IMG/VR virus record: IMGVR_UViG_3300025133_000039
Source of the DNA: an uncultured virus (IMG/VR IMGVR_UViG_3300025133_000039)
Taxonomy: Duplodnaviria > Heunggongvirae > Uroviricota > Caudoviricetes
Length of the DNA stretch: 64,000 nt
Reading direction: 5' to 3' (one strand)
Shown: positions 26,467 to 36,900 of the stretch, piece after piece
Position numbering within the stretch: position 1 is the first letter of the stretch
Layout of the letters: each line of letters opens with the position of its first letter
The notes under the pieces: generated by a model
Told to the model about the DNA's origin: nothing
What the model saw: only the letters and a program-made list of their open reading frames with translations
Database searches by the model: none
Position numbers and translations under genes: made by a program

Positions 26467-26939
26467 ACCGCTCTCCGAACCCTTCCAACCAGACGGCACT
26501 AGTAAAGAAGATTCTAGGGCCCAGCAAGATTAAGCCAGTTCGACATATCATCCCAGGTGGAGCTACGCTACACGAAGACCTGAACGCAGCTGAGCTTCAG
26601 GGCGCTGTAGCTACTTGGCTACGCCATGTTCGACATTTCACCCGAGTTACGGTCGGTCTATGCAAGGACCCGAAGGTCGTTGAGGGTGGCACACGTCAGC
26701 GTGTTGCGCAGCTCGATGGCGACGGTCGCGTCCCTGAGTGGGACCGCCAGGGTAAGATTTGGCTCGGACAGCAGATCGCCGCTTACGTTACTGAAGAGAA
26801 CGTTCTAGCGGTAGAGGTAGAGAAGGACGGAATTTATACCGTTACGGATAGTTCCGGTGCCTTCGCGCCTGGCTGCGAGTCCTGGGAGCCGTTTATCGAG
26901 TTTGTTCCTGATAGACGCGCCAAGTCTCCGGGGCGATGA
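26430..26939 (+). CDS. hypothetical protein
   Basis: 169-aa ORF with a GAGG SD. Confidence 0.6.
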   Translation: MGLTKAAAIEELDRSPNPSNQTALVKKILGPSKIKPVRHIIPGGATLHEDLNAAELQGAVATWLRHVRHFTRVTVGLCKDPKVVEGGTRQRVAQLDGDGRVPEWDRQGKIWLGQQIAAYVTEENVLAVEVEKDGIYTVTDSSGAFAPGCESWEPFIEFVPDRRAKSPGR

Positions 26940-27319
26940 GACCATTCAAACAACGTGCATCCAGGAGTGATTCAATGACTATCAAACAGGAAAAAGCATG
27001 GCTTGCAAAGAACGCCGAGGCTCGCGCCACGGCGGACAAGGCAGTAGCCGAAGCTGAGAACGCAAAGAGTGCTGCCGAGGCTAGGGCTGCTCAACTCGAA
27101 AAGGAGAAGGCAGATCTCCTACGTAAGCTCGAATACATGCAGGCTGAGGCCGAAAAGGCTGAGAAGAAGGAGAAGCCTCGAATTCCGAAGGCTGAAAGAG
27201 AGAAGCCCTCCAAGGAAGATAAGCCGAAGAGGAAGCCGCGTGTACGCAGAGGCAAGAAGGAGGATAGCGAATCAGTTATCGCTCGTGATGCCGATGGACT
27301 TATCAAGCTAGAAGACTAA
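26936..27319 (+). CDS. hypothetical charged coiled-coil protein
   Basis: K/E/A-rich ORF; the real start may be ATG 26975, which has an AGGAG SD. Confidence 0.6.
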   Translation: MRPFKQRASRSDSMTIKQEKAWLAKNAEARATADKAVAEAENAKSAAEARAAQLEKEKADLLRKLEYMQAEAEKAEKKEKPRIPKAEREKPSKEDKPKRKPRVRRGKKEDSESVIARDADGLIKLED

Positions 27320-27324
27320 ATAAC

Positions 27325-27350
27325 TAAGGGAGCCCTTCGGGGCTCCCTTA
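27325..27350 (+). terminator. terminator-like hairpin with a C(UUCG)G loop
   Basis: TAAGGGAGCCC-TTCG-GGGCTCCCTTA followed by TGTT. Confidence 0.65.
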
Positions 27351-27369
27351 TGTTCCGCAGGGGGCTCTC

Positions 27370-27681
27370 ATGGAACCGATGACAGTTAGTATTGGCGCTG
27401 GGATTTTTGCTGTAGTTAGTGCGATCGGTACCGGAGTTACCGTTTATTACAAACTCAGTGCGTCTTTTGAGAAAAAGATCGACGAAGCGATTGCAAGCCA
27501 AGTGAAAGACTTAGAAGCTAGGACCGAGTTACGTATTCAGGCATTGGATCTTAAGCGCAGCGCTCTTGAAGCCACGGTAGTTCGTAAAGAGGATGTAGCT
27601 GAGCTAAAGTCCGACATGAAGAACCTGGTGGAGAAAGTCGCCGACTTAAAAGGCCTGCTAGAGAAGGCGCTAGAGCGATAG
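27370..27681 (+). CDS. small membrane protein with a coiled coil (possibly lysis-related)
   Basis: One N-terminal TM helix followed by heptad repeats. Confidence 0.5.
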   Translation: MEPMTVSIGAGIFAVVSAIGTGVTVYYKLSASFEKKIDEAIASQVKDLEARTELRIQALDLKRSALEATVVRKEDVAELKSDMKNLVEKVADLKGLLEKALER

Positions 27682-27683
27682 TT

Positions 27684-27902
27684 TTAAAGTAGTGGCTCGC
27701 TTTCTAGCGCGTCCATTCTGGCCTCTAGCGTAGTCATCCTCGTGGAGATGTTATCCAGATCCGTCTGGAACAGCACTACCAGCTCGTTAAGCTGTTGTAG
27801 TGAAGCAAACCTATCCGAAGCAATGTTCAGATTGTTGATGTGCTCCTCAACCGACCTCAGTCGGGCTAGAAGAGCATTGTACTGTACTGTAGTGATCGGC
27901 AT
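27684..27902 (-). CDS. small coiled-coil protein, last gene of the minus-strand operon
   Basis: ATG at 27902, TAATG-coupled to the HAD gene. Confidence 0.55.
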   Translation of the reverse strand: MPITTVQYNALLARLRSVEEHINNLNIASDRFASLQQLNELVVLFQTDLDNISTRMTTLEARMDALESEPLL

Positions 27903-28255
27903 TAGGTCTCTCCAGAGCAATAATTCTCAAGCAAGTTGCGTGTATACCCTACGGTTCTGTGACGATATCCCTTGTCGTCAACGTAGAAGTCCCCAGCTGG
28001 CTTTCCAAAGTACAGCTCGTCGATAGGGAATTCCCAGTCTTCTAGTTGTTGTTCGGTAAGCTCTCTCAAGTTGGCTTCGACTTCTTCTACATTACCATTA
28101 TAGGTACTCATCCCTCTAGCGGTATGAATTACTACGACATGCCCGCTAGCCTTAAGCATCTCAAGCATCTCCTTTGCACCTTCGAATGGCTGGCAATTGG
28201 TGTAAGGTGAGCCACCCTCGCAAAGGGTGTCATCTAGATCGAAAACAATTCTCAT
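27902..28255 (-). CDS. HAD-family phosphatase (capsule-biosynthesis phosphatase type)
   Basis: Motifs VFDLDDTLC, HTARG and FGKPAGDFYVDDK. Confidence 0.85.
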   Translation of the reverse strand: MRIVFDLDDTLCEGGSPYTNCQPFEGAKEMLEMLKASGHVVVIHTARGMSTYNGNVEEVEANLRELTEQQLEDWEFPIDELYFGKPAGDFYVDDKGYRHRTVGYTRNLLENYCSGET

Positions 28256-29304
28256 TATAGAACTGCAGCAGAGAGAAGTTCTTGGTATTCGCTCCTCATC
28301 TTATCTAGCTGAGCTTTCGTGCATGCCTTAGCCTTTTTGAGGAATGGAACCACTGGTCGCTTCGAAAGGTCTTCCCACTTGATTTTCGAAATTCCAGGAA
28401 ACTGATCGAAAGCACTAAGTCTTGTGTCGATACCAATGCCCACGCACTTAGTTCCTGGAATTCCATAAGAGCAAACTGCTCCATGGAGTCGAGCCGAAAC
28501 AACACCCTCGCAAGTGCCGTAATAGCGAAGAAGGCTGTCTGCACAGTTGGTATAGAAGACTGGGGTAACCTTCATGCCTGCTCGGAAAGCTTCAAACTCT
28601 CGCCTGCCGTGGCAGACGATAACTGGATCGTATCCAGCCTTTAAAAACTCATTCCGCAATTTTACAAAGGTGTCGAAGATGTGCTTCATCTTCTTGTCAA
28701 CGTCATTGCTGTCTACAAACTTGTCGGGGAACATGCCGGGGCTAGGAGGGACAAGAGCAACTCTCTTAGGAACTCTGTCCGGTACAACATTCCTACGACT
28801 CGCAGCGAACACTGCAGTGCAGGGCTGGAGCTTTGCATCTGGGCGAACCCTCTTTACAAGTTCGTAGGCGTGATGGTCTCTAGCTGTGATCAAAGAAGCG
28901 TTCTTGAATCTCTCTTTGAGAATCTCCACAGTCTTCTCAGACCCTTCACAGTAGTCTGCGAATTCAGTCGGACTCATGTCTGGGTTCGGGAAGCCCCCTC
29001 CCCCAGCAAGGTGCAGCGTGGTAATTCCTGTTGGATTTATGTACTCTTCCCAAAGCTCCTTGTCGTAGAAAAAGCACCAGTCGTCGTAATTGTTGTACTG
29101 GGGCATTCCGGCATAAACAATTACGCTAGCTTTCTTTACTTCGCTCATGCTGGCTTTGATGTCATTGGGTCCGAATTTAGAGATAAGGTCCCATTGGGTG
29201 GGCCCAAAGATACCTTCCCAAATGTCTTGTAAACCCCAAAAAATGAATCCGTCACCGGGGTTCCCCTTGTTCGGAGACTTGCGTGTAATTACTGGAACTC
29301 TCAT
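28255..29304 (-). CDS. polysaccharide pyruvyl transferase-like protein
   Basis: Motifs GNPGD, ITARD and VSARLHGAV. Confidence 0.7.
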   Translation of the reverse strand: MRVPVITRKSPNKGNPGDGFIFWGLQDIWEGIFGPTQWDLISKFGPNDIKASMSEVKKASVIVYAGMPQYNNYDDWCFFYDKELWEEYINPTGITTLHLAGGGGFPNPDMSPTEFADYCEGSEKTVEILKERFKNASLITARDHHAYELVKRVRPDAKLQPCTAVFAASRRNVVPDRVPKRVALVPPSPGMFPDKFVDSNDVDKKMKHIFDTFVKLRNEFLKAGYDPVIVCHGRREFEAFRAGMKVTPVFYTNCADSLLRYYGTCEGVVSARLHGAVCSYGIPGTKCVGIGIDTRLSAFDQFPGISKIKWEDLSKRPVVPFLKKAKACTKAQLDKMRSEYQELLSAAVL

Positions 29305-30306
29305 TTATCTTCCTAAATGGGCTTGCGCCATTTTAGCTACTTTGTCCGCTTCAATTAGCTTCATACATTTTACATTAAACGGACAAGCTTTGTACCAACA
29401 ACCAAGGCATGGAACCTGAGCGGTTATAGCCTTGTGCGTTGGGTAGTGGTTAATACGAGCCTCTGGAGGAATCGAGCCAAACAAGACTAAAGCCCTTGTC
29501 CCTACTGCTCCAGCACAGTGCATTGGTCCGGAATCTGGTCCGATAAATAAATCTACCTGCTCAATTAATGCTGTCATTTCGCGGACACTCGTCCTGCTCG
29601 CGTCGATTACATTCGAATACCGGCCCCATACGGGGAGCCGGTTGTTGTGATCGAAAACTACGAACCCAACCTCAGGGATGAGTTTTGTAAGGCGCCGAAT
29701 CAAAGGTTCATACTTCTTTAAGGGCCAAGATCTTTTTCCCTCGTTTGAAGCTGTGTGTAACGCGATTACAACCTTTGAATCTTTGAGCTTGCTCAAAGCC
29801 TTCTTTGCTTTTGCTCTCTCCTGAGAGGTTACCACATAGGCTGGTAAAGAAGTCGCTAAGTTTGGTAGGCCTAGGTGCCGAGCGAACAGGTCAATCCTGT
29901 TCATCGGTGGCAAACCCTTGTTCTCATACCCAATGCATACCGAAGTAATGTCAGATACGAAGCCAAAGGCGTTACTATCTACGTAGCGCGCATCTACCAC
30001 CTCGTCGATAAAATCGAGGTTTTTGACAAGCTCGTAATACCTATTATCATGCACGCGATGCATATCCACAGCAAAGACTAGCCTGCAGTTCGGGAACCTA
30101 CGCTTAAGCTCTCGTAAAGACGGAGTGCACATGAGTACGTCTCCGATTCCACCAAGAGCGCGCTTTACGCAGACCGAACCCGTTGGCTCGTCTCGTAGGA
30201 ACCGAACCATGTTGGTAGGCTTTCTACGCTGCCTAGGTCTTTTCCTAGAGCTAGTATTCCTGGGAACCCCAGCTTTTAGTAGGATTTTGGAGGCTCGCCG
30301 CAGCAT
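29305..30306 (-). CDS. glycosyltransferase family 9 (ADP-heptose heptosyltransferase-like)
   Basis: Motifs GGIGDVL..TP..RELK, KRSWP, FIGPDSGPMH.AGA..LFG and CLGCW...CP...CM. Confidence 0.88.
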   Translation of the reverse strand: MLRRASKILLKAGVPRNTSSRKRPRQRRKPTNMVRFLRDEPTGSVCVKRALGGIGDVLMCTPSLRELKRRFPNCRLVFAVDMHRVHDNRYYELVKNLDFIDEVVDARYVDSNAFGFVSDITSVCIGYENKGLPPMNRIDLFARHLGLPNLATSLPAYVVTSQERAKAKKALSKLKDSKVVIALHTASNEGKRSWPLKKYEPLIRRLTKLIPEVGFVVFDHNNRLPVWGRYSNVIDASRTSVREMTALIEQVDLFIGPDSGPMHCAGAVGTRALVLFGSIPPEARINHYPTHKAITAQVPCLGCWYKACPFNVKCMKLIEADKVAKMAQAHLGR

Positions 30307-30309
30307 GGT

Positions 30310-31980
30310 TTACCAGGTCCATTCCACCACTAAGTACATGAGTCCTTCGACACCAGTAAAGTCGTCGTTAACATCAGAACTACCAAGACGGCCTACCTTC
30401 ACATGGAGGTGACCAGTCTTCGTCGTACCTTCAATATTCTGAGAAGCAAACTCGTGGATGACAACGTTGGTTGTAGACGTAGTGTACGTACTCTTCTCAG
30501 TACCGCCCCATCCCGTCCCACCATCAATAGCGAAGGCTTCGCCATCCTCAGTAAGGTGTGCAACCCCGCCGCTAAGAGCATACTCGATCTCCCACACTGC
30601 TCCAGTATTCGTGCCAGACGTATGCTGAAAAGACGCGCCCCAGCATACAAACGAAGTCGGGTTATTACCCGACGTATCTCTCGGCACTGGAACTGGGAAG
30701 CTGCAGTAAGAGTCTTCTCCGCCTGGGAAGATCATCATAGTCGTAGCAGTCGCAACATCTGCTGGCGCGCCACTCGAAAGTTTATCTAGTTGCGGATTTG
30801 CGCCATGGGTCTGCATGTTCTTCGGATAGATAGTAATAGAGTCTACAAGTAGCGCAGGCTGGGTATCGGGCGGCACTGTCCAAGTGCCATCAGCATCAAG
30901 ATACTTGCCAGCCGCAGCATCACCCGCTCCAGGAGCGGGAGCTAGACCTGCTGTTCCGCCAGCACCTGAGTCACCAACGAGCTTAGTTACGTTAATCCGT
31001 AGATCTTCGTCCGCGCCGTCGTTCACCTCGGTGATTACAACCGCTGCAGTTGTGGTGACAATCTTGTCGAACAGGTAACCCGCAGTAGTATCGTTAGACG
31101 TAACCTTGACATTCTCGTCAGAACCGGAGCCCGAAATCGCCTGATCCAGTTTCTGAATAGCTAGTTCTAGCGAATCACCATCAGAGACGGTAGCGATTGC
31201 GCCATGAGCAGAGTAGTCAGGGGTAGAGTCTGCAGCGTCGTCCATTCCAATGAATGTGCGAATCGCACTCAAGTCGTCTACAAGGGTATTCGGACCTCCA
31301 GATGTACTATCAATCACTGTTGGTGGTAAGGTAGTGTCAATGGTTACCTGAGACAGGAGCACGGTCAACGAGAGGGAGGGGTAGGCTGCCTCGCCGGTGA
31401 ATGTGAGACCTGCCCCAGGATAACCGTTGACCAACTGTGTCATAAACTCGTGAATATGCCGCGCTAGCGAGTACGGCAGATCGTTGTTTCCATCACAGTC
31501 GAGTGTGTAGTTTGGACCTAGAATGTCTTTTGAAAGCTGGGTGTCGTTGAGATTTAGACAGGCGATAGCGGACACAAGTGCGCTATCGTCGTAGTCCCCG
31601 ATACTCGTCTCCAGAGAGAAGATATTCTCAATCCGTGCAAGCTCAGCGATAAGGCAATCAATCGTTTCCTTAATGCTTCGAGGTCTCTCGTTCGTCGGAT
31701 CCCAGTAGCACGTAGCAGCACTAGAGGTGGCTGCTCCGAACGTGGTTACTGTGCGACCCTCAAGTCCCAGTGCCAGTGCGTCATCCATCTCCGGTCCGCT
31801 GCGAAGCGCAACAAGGAGTGGATAGATAAGAGCGTTATGCTGGTGGAACAGGGCTGCGAAGTCAGACTTCGTATTCACCTGGAACGACGCTCTGTCTGCA
31901 TCCGTGCGAAGCTTCCCAGTATTACTACCAGAAGCCTGGACCAATGTTCTCAATACGTTGTCAAAGTTCTGGTTCGACAT
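30310..31980 (-). CDS. virion structural protein, tail-fibre-like
   Basis: G/A/T/D-rich; contains fibre-type segments (LELAIQKLD, DTTAGYL, AGLAPAP..G..KYLDADGTW). Confidence 0.55.
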   Translation of the reverse strand: MSNQNFDNVLRTLVQASGSNTGKLRTDADRASFQVNTKSDFAALFHQHNALIYPLLVALRSGPEMDDALALGLEGRTVTTFGAATSSAATCYWDPTNERPRSIKETIDCLIAELARIENIFSLETSIGDYDDSALVSAIACLNLNDTQLSKDILGPNYTLDCDGNNDLPYSLARHIHEFMTQLVNGYPGAGLTFTGEAAYPSLSLTVLLSQVTIDTTLPPTVIDSTSGGPNTLVDDLSAIRTFIGMDDAADSTPDYSAHGAIATVSDGDSLELAIQKLDQAISGSGSDENVKVTSNDTTAGYLFDKIVTTTAAVVITEVNDGADEDLRINVTKLVGDSGAGGTAGLAPAPGAGDAAAGKYLDADGTWTVPPDTQPALLVDSITIYPKNMQTHGANPQLDKLSSGAPADVATATTMMIFPGGEDSYCSFPVPVPRDTSGNNPTSFVCWGASFQHTSGTNTGAVWEIEYALSGGVAHLTEDGEAFAIDGGTGWGGTEKSTYTTSTTNVVIHEFASQNIEGTTKTGHLHVKVGRLGSSDVNDDFTGVEGLMYLVVEWTW

Positions 31981-33998
31981 TAGATGACTCTCACTTGGAA
32001 ATGGTTGATGTAGGGACTAATTCGAGTATCGAGCGAAGAGATAATAGCCTTAACGTAAAGCTGGCTCCCTGTCTCTCTGTGGGTCAGGTACTCAACTGAG
32101 ACACGCTCGTCTCGCCAAGAACCGTTGGTCGGGTCTACCTTCACCTTGAAGTAGAGGTCACCATTGTACTCAACGAGTGTGAAGATTGACAGATCTCTGT
32201 CCCTGTCTTCGTCTTCGAACTTCTCTGGGGTAACGAACTCCAGCAGGGACCCATAGAACTCATCAACACCTTGGTAGATCTGCTCTCCCTGAAACCCAGG
32301 CGCGTAATCGTAACCCTCAACCAGTAGTTTGTGGTTATAAGGGTAGACCGCGTCCTTTGCTTCCAGATCTTCCAAAGTGGTGATGCCCGCCTCAACGTCA
32401 TACCAGTTGGAATCAGCTGTGCGGAATGTATGAGTTCCCTGTGGGAGTCGAATGCGACCAGAAACTAGTCGCTCGTTTACAAAGGCTGACGTAGTACCGA
32501 GGTCTAGCCAGCGCCCTTCGATTTTCTCTACCTGAAGCGTAGTGCTGTATTGAGACGTATCAGCATCGAAGGACCACCCAGCGGTGGTCCCGTATAGAGT
32601 TTTACCAGCCTGAGAGAGATTTCTCTTGATGCGAACAGACTGTCGAACTACGGGGTAGGTTGTGTCATCTACGAAGAGGTTTAGATATGCCTCTTTGCCA
32701 AAGTCAAACTCTAGCTCTTCCTCTTCCGGGAGAACGAGCGAGTGGGTATCCTCTGTAGCATCGAGGAACTCAAAGGTTCCGTCAGGATTCGTATCATGAA
32801 ACTGTACAACGTTTAGGGACTTTCCAGTCCAGGATACTGGCTCGTAGTTAAGACCATCCTTGCTTAGAAAGAACGAAACACTGGTTCTATCAGGAAGTAC
32901 GCAACAAGTATCGGATCCCATAGCTGCCATTGAGAAATCGTATGGGTTACCTTGATCGTCCAATACGTCATATGGGCCCGCATAGAGGACAGACCTCGCG
33001 TCACTTTTGTATTCATCAACGAACAGCTCCAACGAGTCTAGCGTGTAGATGTAGAAGCTCTCTTTGCCGCCTGGGCTCGTATCGTCAGCGGCTGACTTCG
33101 TAAGAAGGACTCGAATCTTCTTGATGCCGGAGAGCCCAATCGAAGCCTGGTTCTCGCCCTTGTAGAACTCTCTCTCTACAGGCTCAACGACGTGGAAGCT
33201 CGATCCGTCTAAGGAGTAGAAGACACTCCAGGTGGTCTTCCCGTTTGCATCGACGGGGGAGCCCGTAAGTCTAAGATCGGTTACCGCGACTCCGTCCGGC
33301 TCGTCAAAGGCTATATCGATAGCAGCGCTAACTCTACCCAAGGGGTAGGGAGTCTTTACATGGTACTCCCAAATGTTGCCGTCTGCTTCTTTGAGAGAAT
33401 CGATACTGTTAATCACCCTAGTAGACAGCAGCCCCTTCGGGGCGATGGTCGTAAACCCTAGGTCTACCTTGCCAAGATCTACCTTCGTGTAGTTCTTGCG
33501 GTTCATAGTGCAGTAGCCAGGCTCTACAGTAACAGTGCTATTCTCAAAGTCAATGTTTTCTTGCGTCTCGAACCCCTCTTCAACTCCGTATACAAAGACA
33601 TCGGTTCGTCCAGCGAGTAGTAGGAGGTTGTTAAGGCGCTTGTCCAGCTGACCTAAAATCTGATCTGAGCGTGCAGCAGATGCGATAAAGACTCGGTAGG
33701 ACTCCTCAAGGAACTCACCCAGCTCTTCAATACGGCTACCTAGCACCCGCATATCATCACGAACCGCTTCGCGGTTTCGGTTCTCCGCTACAGACGAACT
33801 GGTATCTCGGAAGACTGGCGCGGTAATGTCCTGGCCAGAGAAGCCAACCTGCTCAGCACCAGGATACTCTCTACGCTTCTCACGCATTAATTCAAATAGC
33901 TGCGCTCTTGAAGGAGCGCGGCTATTCTCTTTTACGTAGTCCTGAATCACTCGCTTTTTGAAAGCCGACTCATAGGGCGCTGTGAGTAGGTCTGCCAT
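31980..33998 (-). CDS. putative virion structural protein (672 aa)
   Basis: TAATG-coupled acidic beta-rich ORF in the structural operon. Confidence 0.55.
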   Translation of the reverse strand: MADLLTAPYESAFKKRVIQDYVKENSRAPSRAQLFELMREKRREYPGAEQVGFSGQDITAPVFRDTSSSVAENRNREAVRDDMRVLGSRIEELGEFLEESYRVFIASAARSDQILGQLDKRLNNLLLLAGRTDVFVYGVEEGFETQENIDFENSTVTVEPGYCTMNRKNYTKVDLGKVDLGFTTIAPKGLLSTRVINSIDSLKEADGNIWEYHVKTPYPLGRVSAAIDIAFDEPDGVAVTDLRLTGSPVDANGKTTWSVFYSLDGSSFHVVEPVEREFYKGENQASIGLSGIKKIRVLLTKSAADDTSPGGKESFYIYTLDSLELFVDEYKSDARSVLYAGPYDVLDDQGNPYDFSMAAMGSDTCCVLPDRTSVSFFLSKDGLNYEPVSWTGKSLNVVQFHDTNPDGTFEFLDATEDTHSLVLPEEEELEFDFGKEAYLNLFVDDTTYPVVRQSVRIKRNLSQAGKTLYGTTAGWSFDADTSQYSTTLQVEKIEGRWLDLGTTSAFVNERLVSGRIRLPQGTHTFRTADSNWYDVEAGITTLEDLEAKDAVYPYNHKLLVEGYDYAPGFQGEQIYQGVDEFYGSLLEFVTPEKFEDEDRDRDLSIFTLVEYNGDLYFKVKVDPTNGSWRDERVSVEYLTHRETGSQLYVKAIISSLDTRISPYINHFQVRVI

Positions 33999-36900
33999 TA
34001 CTGAAACCTAAATCCTACCGATAGCAGAATGGGGGAGAAGTATCGCTCAAGTCCGGCGATTCTTTTATTGGTTTGAGGCTTGGCCCAGAAGGTCTTAACC
34101 AAAGCGTTCACGTCTGAGAGCCCCTCTGTCCTTAGTGATACTGTGTTCGACTCAGAATCATATTCGTACTTATCAACCTTCCGAACCAGGTCGAAGGCAA
34201 TCTTATAGTTCGTCGCCTTGTAAGTAACCTCTGGTGACTCAACTGAGTTCAAGTCCTCAGAGGCGTACAGGATACCATTCTCATAGTCTACAGAGTATCG
34301 GTTCGAAGAATCATGCAAAGGGTCCTTGTAGTAATACAGGATCTCAATGCCCGCCGCCAATGTCCCTAGTGGTCCAACGTAGACGCTTACCAAACCATTC
34401 TGGAGGTCCAAGCTATACTGCCCGATTCCACTTGGAGTAGATACAAGAGTCGAGAAGACTGAAGTATCAGAGAAGGTCACTCCTAGTGGAGAGTATACAC
34501 CCTCTCGCGCAGCCAATGCAAAAGAGACTACGCCAGTAGAGTCTGCAGTAATCTCGAAAGTGGATTCATTGTTCATTGGAGTTAGTCCAAGGAACTCGCT
34601 GTTACCGTCCATAAACGGCATCTCAACAGGATACCCCGGCGCCGCCGTATCAATAAGGTTCTGTGGAACCGCAAGACTACCGATAACTACGTGGTCATAA
34701 GACAGCGTCATAGCTCTCGGGTTTGCCGACATAATGTCGGGCCTCGTGGCCTCAGTCTGGTCTAGGACTGAGAGCCTAGCCTGCGGGCCAGCGTTGAGAT
34801 TATCACTGACTGTAGTAAATGCTACCGCATCTCTGTTGATGCGGACGCCCCAGGGAACCATATCTCGAACAACCACTGAGAACTGATCGTTACTTAACTC
34901 CTGAATCTGAGAGTTGAGGAAGGTGGTGCGAGCACTATCCGCACTGCCCAGAATCTGACCCAGCGGGTTATTGAGGTACAAGATGCCTCTGACTGGATCC
35001 AAGTAATAATCTGTATCTGCAGTGACTAGGTTCCTACTAGCAACAGAAACGAACGCAACGCTGTCCGCCACGATCTCAAAACTACTCTCTACGATAGAGC
35101 GGTGACCCAGGTCAATCGTCGCTCGGTCCATAGGAAGCAGGCGACTACGCCTAGAGGCGGTCGCCGGAAGGTAGCTAATTCGGATGTTCTCTTTCTCAGG
35201 ATCGAAGTTGTGAGGGATTCCGTGGTAGAAGCCATCACTCTGCTCTTGGAGTAGCATTACCTCTTCGTCGAAAATAACTTCGATTCGTGAGCGGTCTGGA
35301 ACACCAACCAACTCTAGCTCAGTTAGAGTGGAATCAAATCCATACTCTCCTGCAGCGAGTGAAGCGTTGTCAGGGTTGAATACCAACTCCTGACGGTTGA
35401 GTAGAACATGCATTGTCTCGAAATCCAAGCCATCATCCTGGAGGTCGAACGGAAGTGCAACGTTCATTGCCCCAGCAGTACGCGCACGAGCCAGCAGGAC
35501 GGCCTCTGAGAGCTTATCGCTGAACCTCGCGACACCTGGCTGGTAAACAACTGCCGACTTATTCTGAGGTCTCTCAGGCAACTGGAATCGAACAGGGGAG
35601 AAAGCCTTGGATACTCCGCTTCGGAAGAAGTTCAGCTCTACAGGAGCTGTACTGTCTGTGAAGGAGCTTGCGTCGGAGAAAGCTTTTGGCTTTCTTTCGA
35701 CATGTAAACGCCACAAAAAGCTCTCGGATTCACCATCTAAAAGTGTCGTTCCCGTGCAATTCTCACCGACGCCAAGAGCTGTACCAGCGCAAACATTCTC
35801 AGTCCACGTCTCACCTCCGTCAGAACTTACGTCGAACTTAGCCGCATACAGAGGCGAGCTAGCTGGAACGATATCGATAATAGACTCTGCAGCGTAAAGC
35901 GCCCCCGGAATCTTGACCTCTCTAGAGTTGATTCCACCAATGTCTTCGTACTCGTTCTTTCGGAACTCAATACTTCTTAGCGCTACAGCGAACCTCTGAC
36001 GGTTAGCGATTCTCTCATCCACAGTATCGATACGAACTGTGTATGAGCTTGCCTGCTTAAAGGAGATCGAGATAGTGCGACACTTCACTGGAAGGAAGGA
36101 CGTCGCCCAGTGTGTATCCCTACCTACCGGCTTAACTGTAAAGAAGTCGTCTGGAAGTCGAGTGGGTAGCAGGTCACGAATACCCGTGCTCACCTTGTCG
36201 TCCGTGAAGACGATGTCCTGAATCTCGAAGGTAAGTCCGCTGCCTAGGTTCACTGGCTCGATACTAATCTGGTTTACAATCTCCGGAGAGTTTAGCTCGC
36301 AAGTGAGCTGAAGCTCACAGGGGCCTGTATCTAGTCTCTCGTACTCAAACCAGGTATCCGGATTCCCATCTAGTAGGAATGCAGGGTCAGAGTTGTCAGT
36401 CTGAATATCCAGGTCTGAGTTGCCCGCAACGCCACGGCTCTTTGAGCCTACGCGAATACGACCTACGCCCAGGTTGCTAGAGACTTTTACTGGAAGCGTG
36501 GCCAGCCCCTGAGCTGTATCAACAGTTAGCTGTCCCTCCTGAATAAAATCATAGTCCAGATGATTGAAGTTAAGGAAGTTCTCAGAGATGACGTGCTTGT
36601 CGGTAGCCTGATTCCACAGACTTAGCGTCGCTCGCTTTTGGCGCGCGCGACGCAGTGAACCAATTAGCTCAAGTAGAGCAAGCTTCTCGTTATTAAAGTA
36701 CTTGATGTAGAGTCGCGAGATACTACGCAAGCGCTCAAGGTTGAGAAGCAGCAGGTCTCTGGACTGCGCTGCAGCTAGGTCGAAGTCTCTTACGTTTGGG
36801 TGCTCAAATACCGAGACCTTTTCAAGGTCGTAGGTGAAATCAATCAGCTCCTGGAAATAAGTAATAGCACGAGACTCAACGCTAAGCCTTTGCTCAAGCG

